From positions 1 to 31,597 of the IMG/VR virus record IMGVR_UViG_3300016467_000600: a stretch of DNA of 31,597 nucleotides. One strand, 5' to 3'. Positions 8,501-17,500 of this stretch are shown here, piece by piece (positions within the stretch are counted from its first letter, which is position 1; each line of letters begins with the position of its first letter). Position numbers and translations under genes: made by a program. Source of the DNA: a virus. Its lineage: Duplodnaviria; Caudoviricetes. The notes under the pieces were generated by a model. It was not told the origin of the DNA and searched no databases. It was given only the letters and a program-made list of their open reading frames with translations.

Positions 8501-11500
8501 CGCCAAACATGTCCCCTTTGTACTGCAACGGCTCGTGGCCGATATCACCCCAGCCGAGGTTGCTTGTGTTCCTGTTGCGGATGATGCCGCCACGGGAGTC
8601 GAGCCGTTCGCCTGGCCCCAGGGTGAAGCCTAGGTCGGTCTCGCCGTTGTTCACCCGGGCGTTCGGGATCTTGCCACGGGCACGCACCTGGTTCGGGAAG
8701 CGCCCGTTTTCGGCGTCTCCTTCGGAGAAGCGATCTGGACCCGTGCCCTTGGTCGCCGTGGACGTGAAGTCATACCCGGGCATCTCGTCGGCCTTCTTGC
8801 CCATGTAGTCGGCGAGCTTCTGCTTGATTTCGTCACGCAGGTGCTCGTAGTCGGTGCGACCGGCACGATGGTGGTCCATATAAGAGATCCTCGTGACGTC
8901 GCCACGGTCGTCGATCCGGCCGTGCGGAAGGTCCATGATTGGCTGTTTGCCGAAATCACCCTTAATGTTGCCATTTTCCAGATGCGTCTCCCAGTCCGCA
9001 TGCGTCGGGATGTCATCGGATTCGATGAGCTGGTATCCTTCCGGACTATGGGCGTTCCGGAGCTCGTCGGCGCTGATCACCTGGATGTCGCCCTTTTTCG
9101 TGGCGTACCAAAGGTAGGTGTTTTCCTCTCCTTCGGCATCCGTGCGGTCGGCATGGCCGATGTCGGTCCAGAAACGGATCGGCTTTTGACGCTTCACGCC
9201 GGCCGTATCACGCTGGAAACGGTCACGGGCTCCGCCTGGGATGCGCATGTTCTCACCGTCATCGCCCTCGGAGTTGAAGTTGCCACGGTCCAGGCGATTC
9301 GATCGGCGCATGCCTTCGAGCTCGGATTCCGGGTCCGGGCCGGTCGGAGGAGGATTGAGTTCACGGTCTGCCGCCCATTCCGGAGCCGGGTGACCCTGCT
9401 CCTTGTACTTCTTCACGATCTCCTGTCGGCGGGCTTCCTGTTTTGCACGGATCTCACGAATCCTGGGACGGTCCTCGAAGTCCTTGTTGCGAATGTATTC
9501 AAACATGATGCGGAACTCATCCCTGTTTTTCTTATCAGCTGAAATCGAGTTCCAAATGGCCCTTCTTTCTTCCGGCGTTCCGTACAGGTATTTGCGGACG
9601 TCGTTCTCGGAGAACTCCAAGCCTTCGTAGTTCTGGCTGGGGTCGCCTTCGGAGTAGAGCTTCTTCGGATCGATCTTTCCGTTCACATCCCAGGATCTGC
9701 GGACGTATTCTCCGTCGCCGGTCTGCTGTGCGAACTGATCACGGGGGCTGGTCTCCTCGAATCCGTTGTCGGAAATTTCGACGTTCTCCCTGCCGAGAAC
9801 ACGGTTGATCGCATGGATCGGGCGGCCGTTCGGATCGACGACGAAGGCGTTCATATCGCCACCATAGGAGCGGCGGATGCGCTCGACGACCTCGGCCGTG
9901 ATGACGGTCGAGATGTTGCGGTTGCGCCAGATCGGCTGGACCTTGATCCAATCCAGGTCGCCGGTGCCGTCGCCGACGGCTGAGCCAGGCATGACTTTGT
10001 AGATGAAGTCGGCCACCTTCTGGAGCCCGTTCTCGCCGTTGTATTCGATGACGCCGTGGAACTCGCCCATGCCATCGATTTCGCCACCCTCGATGGACCC
10101 TTCGACCTTTGGAAGGTACGTCGGAGCCCCCATCTTAGTGTAACCCTTCTGCTGGATGGTCATCTTCATGCCGGCCATGCTCTTGGCGTTATCCTTGGCG
10201 ACCTGGGTGATGAAGCCACGCTTGGCGAGCTGTACGTCCGTGTGGTTGGCAACCTCGCCGTCCTTGGTCTTCGGGTTGGTGGACGGGGGCGTGGCGATCT
10301 GATCGCCTTCTGAAAGCTTGCGGTTCGGGTCGACATTCGTGAGCACTTCTGCCCCGGAGAACTTGCGCTCGCCGGTATCCTCGTCGACATACGTGTCCTT
10401 CCTGTATGTCGTGGAGCCTTCGCCGAATACGGCCTTTCGGGCCAAGATCGGGCGCATCTTGTCGTCGACAACGTACCCCTCGATCTTGTTGATGCCAAGC
10501 CGTCGCAGTCGTTCTCCGATCTCGGCGTACATCAACTTGTTGAACCCCTTGCCCTGGGCGTTTCCGTACACGTTGGTGGCCTCGAAGTAGGCGACTTTCT
10601 CACGGAGATTGACGCTGAACATGACGTCGCCGAACTTGCTGTTCGGATGGTTCGAGTCCTTGAGGGTCATGACCATGTACCGGTTCCGGTACTGCGATCC
10701 GGGGATGGCTCTGAAGTCGCTCTCCGAATTGACGGCATTTCCGTCGTCGTCGACGAACGTGGCCACAAGGCTATTTCTGAACCTCGGGGAAATGTTCTCG
10801 TCGGCGTATTTCGTGATGAATCCACGGCTCTCCAGGTCTTTATCCTGGTGATTCGGGGTCTTCAGATCGACATCACCCTCCGAGAAGCGCTCCTGGAAAC
10901 CAGGCTCGTATCCGAGGAAATCACGCTCGTACGGTCCTGGGAAACCATAGCCCTCGATCTTGTAGCCGGCCGGAAGCTCGCCCTTCTTTTGCATAAATTC
11001 GACGTAAGACCGGATCTCCTTGAGCGCATCGCTACGCTTCATCATTTCCTCTCTCCTTGCGGAGAAGGCGTCCAGCTTGCCACGGCCCTGGCCGGCCGAG
11101 ACCAGGATGGTCTTGTTCTCGTGGTCGATCTCGATCCGTCCGTTCAAGCCGGTCTTACGGGATTTCAGACCGATGCCTGTCTCGATCCCGTTGCCGCCCA
11201 TGCCATGTGCAAAGTCGTCTGGGCGGGTTGCCTTGACGTTCTCTTCGTTGGCCATGTCGGCCACGTTCCGCACGGTGAACTTGCCCTTGTTGTGGTCATA
11301 CATGTACAAGAAGGTGTCTTCCGGCTTGAAACCGCCGACGTATTCGGCGTTGCCGTAAGCACCTTCGATGTTGCCATGGCCGATGTTCAGATAGGTCTTT
11401 ATCTGCTTCTTCGGGCGGGCGTTCATGGCCGCCTCACGGGCGCCACCGGGGATCATCATGTTCTCGGCGTCGCCTTCGGACTTCCGGGTGTAGTCGTCCG

Positions 11501-14500
11501 GGTAGTTGGAGTCGTAGATGTGAACGAACCGGCTACGCATGTCGTTGGCCATGTCGATCAGCTCCATGCCGGTCTTCTTGCTGGTCATGCCGGCTTGCAT
11601 GGACTTGTACATGGCATCCGTGAACTTCGCATGGTCGGACAGCAGGGCGTTAAGGTAGAACCTAACGTGGCGCATCGGCATGTCATCCTGGACAAAATCG
11701 ACCATGTTGAGGCCGTTTCTGCCGATCTCCTTGAAGGCCGTCATGACGACCTCGTCGTGGATCTTGCGGACCTGCTTGAGCATGCCGGGCTTGAGCGTCA
11801 TCGGGTTGAACCCCTTTTGGCGTTCCATCTTGGCGATCACCTGGTCCAGGACGGCGTGCTTGCCTAGGCGTTCCTTATCACGGGCGATGTCGCCTTCGTA
11901 ATCTCCGCTGTTACCGGGGAACGGGTGCTGATACAGGTGCTGATCGGCAAGCACCTTGACGCTCTTGATCCATCCAAGGAAGTCGCCCTTGATCGACTCC
12001 GGCCCAACGACGGCGTCCTGCTCGAGGGCGCTCTTGGCACGATCGCCGAATTCCTTGGCGTCGCCTTCGGAGAAGTTGGGGTCCTTGAGCATACCACGCC
12101 AGCGGTGGTTGCCGGAGCTGGAGCGTTCCGGGTTGGCTTTGGGCGGCTCAATTTGTCTAACCCCTTGAGCTCCCGTAATCAACTCATTAGGATTTTGAAG
12201 GCCGGCCTTGGCTTGGGTTCTAGCGATACCTCTGGATTCAATGTAACGCACATTATCCAGGGTCTTGTATGACTCATGTCGCTGAATATCCAGGAAGGTC
12301 TTTCGGTCGATCGGGTAGGCGGTCACCAATTCATTCCCATTGGAAGTGACATCAAAAACCATCTGAATGACTTGCGCCTTCGTGGTGCCAATTACGCTAA
12401 TACGGGTATCATTCGGGTTGTAAGGAGACCTAATGCCGTTTCCGAACCCCTGCCCAATTCGGGCGATGCCAATTCGATTGTCGAACGCATCGGATAGGAT
12501 GGCGGTGAGATTTTTGCGTTGTTCCTGGATCGTTGATCCAAGCTCAAACCCAGCACGCTCAAAGTCGGCCCTATGATCCGTCGTCCTCCCGGGGATGATG
12601 TTGCCCTGGGAATCCCTTGCGACACGTGCCGTAAGGATGTGTCCTACGAGCGCACGATCCGGGATGATCAAATGGCCGGATTTCAGATTGAATGCGCTGA
12701 CTTCCTGCCTGGTGAACATCCCACCTTGCGATTCAAGGTCGCTCTCGAACTGCTCAAGCGGAATCTTCACCCTTTCACCACCAGCGGTCGGTTGCGACCC
12801 AGGCGTTGGCGATCCGTTTTTGTCGAACAACGGATGCGGAGAAGAAGGCCAAGGAAAAGTATTAAATACACGGCGGCCATCTTCGGTGAATCCAATATTG
12901 TTGGCTTTGCTGGACGGAACATCCGGGAACGAGTCGCCAGGCATGGCACGCTCCTGGTCTCCTTCGGACTTCCATTGCATCTGGGATGATTCGATGTACG
13001 AATTGTCGTGCGTTGACCAGCCCTGCATCACTTCCCCGTTTCTGGATGAGTCACGATACAGGATCTCGTCGTTCTTTAGGTTGGCCTGTTTTAGGAACCT
13101 GCCCATGTTATTGGTGGCTTCTCCGATGGCTTTCATGGCCGCCTTGTCCTTGCCGTTAACGTCGCCAAAATGGATCGTGGCCCAATTCGTCCCTGCACGG
13201 TCAGCGATGGCCAGGATGGCCTTTTGGGCCGGGCTATTGCGGATATTGGTCATCTGCTCGATGGTCATCGGGTAGACCGCCGTGATGACGCCGCTGTTGG
13301 CCGTGAATACGATGCCGGACTTCTTGCCCATCTGGGCCTCAATGGAATCGTTGTAGGCCGAAAAGCTTATGCGTCTGCCGTTTTTAGGATTCGGTGCGAC
13401 GGCGTCGGTGCGCACGGAACCCTGGCCGTAAGGGATCTGGTTGCGTGACGAATAACGGCGTTCCGTGATCTTGAAGGAATGCGTCTCTTTACCGTCCGAA
13501 ACGGGGATCTGCTGGTCGACCACGGTAAGATGTGGCGCCTTGAGGTACTCACCTACGCCTCCGCCAGGCTGGAAGTCCTTTAGTGGGTTGAAACTGTAAC
13601 GGCCATCAGAGATCGCAAGGGCTCCTCGGAACGTGATGCCGGTTCCGTCAAGGACGTTGCGCAGGGCGTCGACCCCCTCCATACCACGATCGCCGTGGAA
13701 GTCGGTCAATACGCTCGGCTCTCCGTTGTTGATCCGGATGTACCAGGCCTCCTTTGCGCCGGGCGTCGATACGGCCTGGCCGGCAAGCACGCCAACCATC
13801 GGAGAGTACACCATTTCCGATTTTTTGGTCCCGGACAAAGCCTGGATCATGTGAAGTCCGACCTGCAACGGTTTGCCGTTCTTATCCGTGATTAGGATCA
13901 TCAGTTGACCCTGGACGAGATGTCCGGCGTAATCGTCGATGAACATTGCGGCGTCCTTGGCCGACTCGATCTTCGCCACCGGAGACTCGACCTTGCCGAC
14001 AACGGCATGCTCCGAAAATTGGTTCATGTGGCCGGCGTCGATGCCGAACTTCTTGAGCTTCTCGGCAGGGATCGGGAACTTGACGTTCGGTGCGGCGTGC
14101 AATGGCTTGATCTTCGTCGCCCCGACACGGGATTCATGTTCCGTTCGGCCGACGAAGTTCTCGTCGCCCTGGACATCCCCTTCGGACTTCCAATCGTTCG
14201 ACTTGTACCCCCTGGAGATTTCCTCGTTGATCTGACGATGATCGACGTTCCCGCTCCGATCCATGGACACCACGGATTTGATCACCTTTTGAGAGGATCC
14301 AATGGTGATCTGGTCAAACGCACCATTTACGTTTTTTGCCAAATTTTCCTGTACATCAGCAGGGACGTCCTTACCGCCGGTCATAAGGACGACTTGGTGA
14401 GCGCTGGTACGACTGAATGCAGAGACCATTTCACGGGCCCCTTTTCGTCCGAGAGATCCGTTTTCCTTGAAGGCGATCTCATGGGTTCCGACCGGATTGT

Positions 14501-17500
14501 TGTTTTTATCCAAGAAGATCAAACCAGGTTTTTCTCCAAGCGTCTTTGAGGCGAAATCACGTGCATCTTGATAGACGAGGATCTGGGTATCGCTCATCAC
14601 GTCGTGACCTGTGCCACGCTTGAACTCAAAACGTCGTTCGACGATCGGGATCTTGCGCATCTTGTCGCCTTCGACCGGCTTTGACGCATCGACGACACGC
14701 TCGCCAAAGCCCGTGTCCGAGAACGCACTACGATGCTCGCCGGCCTGGGCGAAGAATCCAAGGGGTTTCACGCCCATCTTCTTGAACACCTGGTTCAGCA
14801 GGACATGGGCCACCCTCGTGTCTGGAACCGAAAGTTCCGGCGTTTCGGACGGATGGTTGTGCGTGACCCACACGTGCGCCGCCCCCTTGATGGACACCAC
14901 CTGGGCGGCCATCGCAAGCGAGGACAGGCTTGATGCGCCCGGCTCCGACATGGTGTGACGGATGATCTCAAGCGGCTTGTGGTTTTTGTCCGTCACAAGC
15001 ATCTGGATCGACTCCTGGGTCATGTGCGAGATGTCCCGGAAGGCATGGGTGACCTTCTCCGGGGTATCCATGACATGGAACCCTTCGATGTATCCGATCT
15101 TGCGGTGCTGGACGACGTTGGCGGCCACGGTCCGCTTGATTCCAAGCTTCGCCAGGATTTCGTCCGTACCCTTGGCCGCCGGCGGGTTGGCCGGGTCCAC
15201 GTCGCCTTCGCTAAGGAACCTGTTACTCAGCGTAACCTCGCCGCCTTCTGAACGAATGGCGTCACGGATTCGCTGTGTTTGCTCCGGCGCCTCTTCAAAA
15301 CTTTTCGTGGTCGGGTTCCACCTAAACTGTTGACCATTTTCCTCGGTTGCCAGGATTCCACGAAGGGCGTCATTGATGGCGGCCTCATTGCTACCTCTTG
15401 CCTTGGTGAGCTCTTCGAGAGCGTCGCCAACCTTGCTCGTGTCGATGTCCTTGAGCCGTGTAGCAAGGTCTGACTTGATCTGTGCGTCGGCGGCGATCTC
15501 GCCCTTTCCGGACATTGAAACTTCGCCGAAATTCTTTTCGGCAATACGATCCATGATCACGTCAATCTGGCTTCGCTTCCCGATCAACGCCTCGCCAAAG
15601 CCTGTGGATTGAAGGGCCTTTCGCATGCCGTGGTACATCGACTGGATCATGGCCACGACGTCGTACCACTTCTGGGATCCCCACTTTGAGTCGTACTTTC
15701 CACGATTTCTGATGATCCTTGCGCCTTCGTCGGAGAAGAACTCATGGGCGTCCTTCAAGCGATACACACGCCTTCCGGATTCGCTCTCTTCGTATCCAGG
15801 ACGAAGACGGAAATACGTTGACCCGTCGTCTGCCGTCCTGGCCTCGAACATTCCTTTCGGGATCGGTACGCCGGCTTTTCTCATTTCATCAGCCAGGGCG
15901 GTCATCTGGACCTCGGAGAGCGTGAATTTGTCAAAGTCCCACGTGCTGTCGTTTTCGATCCCAAGCTTGGACAGGATGTAATCCATGGCCTTGTTTGAAG
16001 ACCTGGCTTTGGCTCGTTGCTTGATGAGTTCGGCCTTGATCTCAGCCTGGATCTCCGGCTTCAAGCTCTGGAAGAGCGGGTGTAGGATCTCGTGCGAAAG
16101 CGTAAACTGGAACTTGTTGCGGTTGATTGCGTCGGCGAATACCTTTACGGCGTTAAAGACGCCACGGCCGTCCGTGAACACGGCGTTCGAGCTCCCTAGT
16201 GCGGTGCCGTCACGGCCGCCGATCTGGCGAAGCTGGATGTGCTTGAGAAGCTCTGCACCCATCGTGTCGGCAACCAGGTTTGCCGTGTCATGTGTTTCTT
16301 GGTTGATGATGTTTCTCTTGAGGGCATCGGCCAGAGCCGACTTGATCTGAGTCAAGCCGACTTTCTGTTCCTGCGTTAGGCCAGGCGCAATCTGGGTTTG
16401 CTCCTCGGAAATCCCACGTTCACGTGCGATGTTGCCCGTGACCTCCTTCATCAGCTCTGCTTGTGCCGCCAGCCTTGCGGACTGACGGTCCATGGCTTGG
16501 GCACGGATAGCGTCCCAGGTGGGAGCTCCGCTCATCTTGACGTACGTCGAAGGCTTTCCTCCCGTGGCGTAGGCGGCGGCATTGTGCATCAATGCCCCGG
16601 CACCCCAGGTTTTATGAAGGACGCCGGCGCCAAGCGCAAACTCCCTGCCGGCACTCATGAGTCGATCTCCGATCTCTCCGCCATTCTCAACGGTAGGATC
16701 TCCGAAGCCAAGGGTTCTTGCGGCGGCCGTAAGGCGATCGGTGCCGGGTGCTCCATGCACAAGGGCTTCGGCTGTCGAACTTGCCTGGGCGATGCCCATG
16801 TTCATTAGGCCGCCCTTTGCCACCTGCCTTAGGGCGTTTGCCTGGGTGATGCCGGCGGTCTCAAAACCGGCGGCCGCCTTCAAAAGCGAACCGGACGGGC
16901 GAAACGCAAGCATGGTTGGCGCAAACGAACCAAGCACGGCCGCAGTAGGATTAAGCTGTGCGTTGATGGCATCCTGCTCGCTAGGTTCAATTTTGAAACC
17001 GTATTTCAAAGCGGCGTCAGTTGCGCCGCTGGCAAGCATAGACCCGCCGATACCGGTAACCCACCCAAGCGGCGTCTCAAGGCCGCCGCCGATGGCGGCC
17101 CCAGCCATGAACCCGCCAATACCGCTCAAGGCGCCAGGCGTGGCTCTGATTGCGCTATCCCTTGCGGTTTCAAAAGCGCTAGATCCTGCGGCAAAAGCAT
17201 CAACCTGGTCCGGCGTGAAGCTTTCGATGACGGATTCCTTTGTTACGTCTTTCGGGATAACCTGGCCGGTCTGAGAATAAACAAGCGTTTTTTCGCCAGT
17301 AGGGACCATGCCTTTGGCTTCAAACATTCCCGTGAGCTTATTCCACTTAAGCTGTTTAACCTTACCGCCCTTGTTGATCAGAACATCCTCTCCGTCCTCA
17401 AGCTGTGATACGTTGGCAAGCGTTGCCTGGTTCCATCCTAGCTTATTGCCTACGCTTACGCCCGTATCGACCCCCGGAAGCGGGGAGTTGATGATGGCAT

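Noticed and set aside
7815-15212. SEGD-coding 12-mers as a CRISPR-like array, attC-like cassette sites or DGR repeats
   Set aside because: Spacing is irregular (99-1218 nt), variation is synonymous, there is no palindromic structure, and no cas, integrase or reverse transcriptase gene is present in the window.
7827-15212. Modules as inteins
   Set aside because: There is no N-terminal Cys/Ser block with a C-terminal His-Asn, and no LAGLIDADG motifs at the borders.
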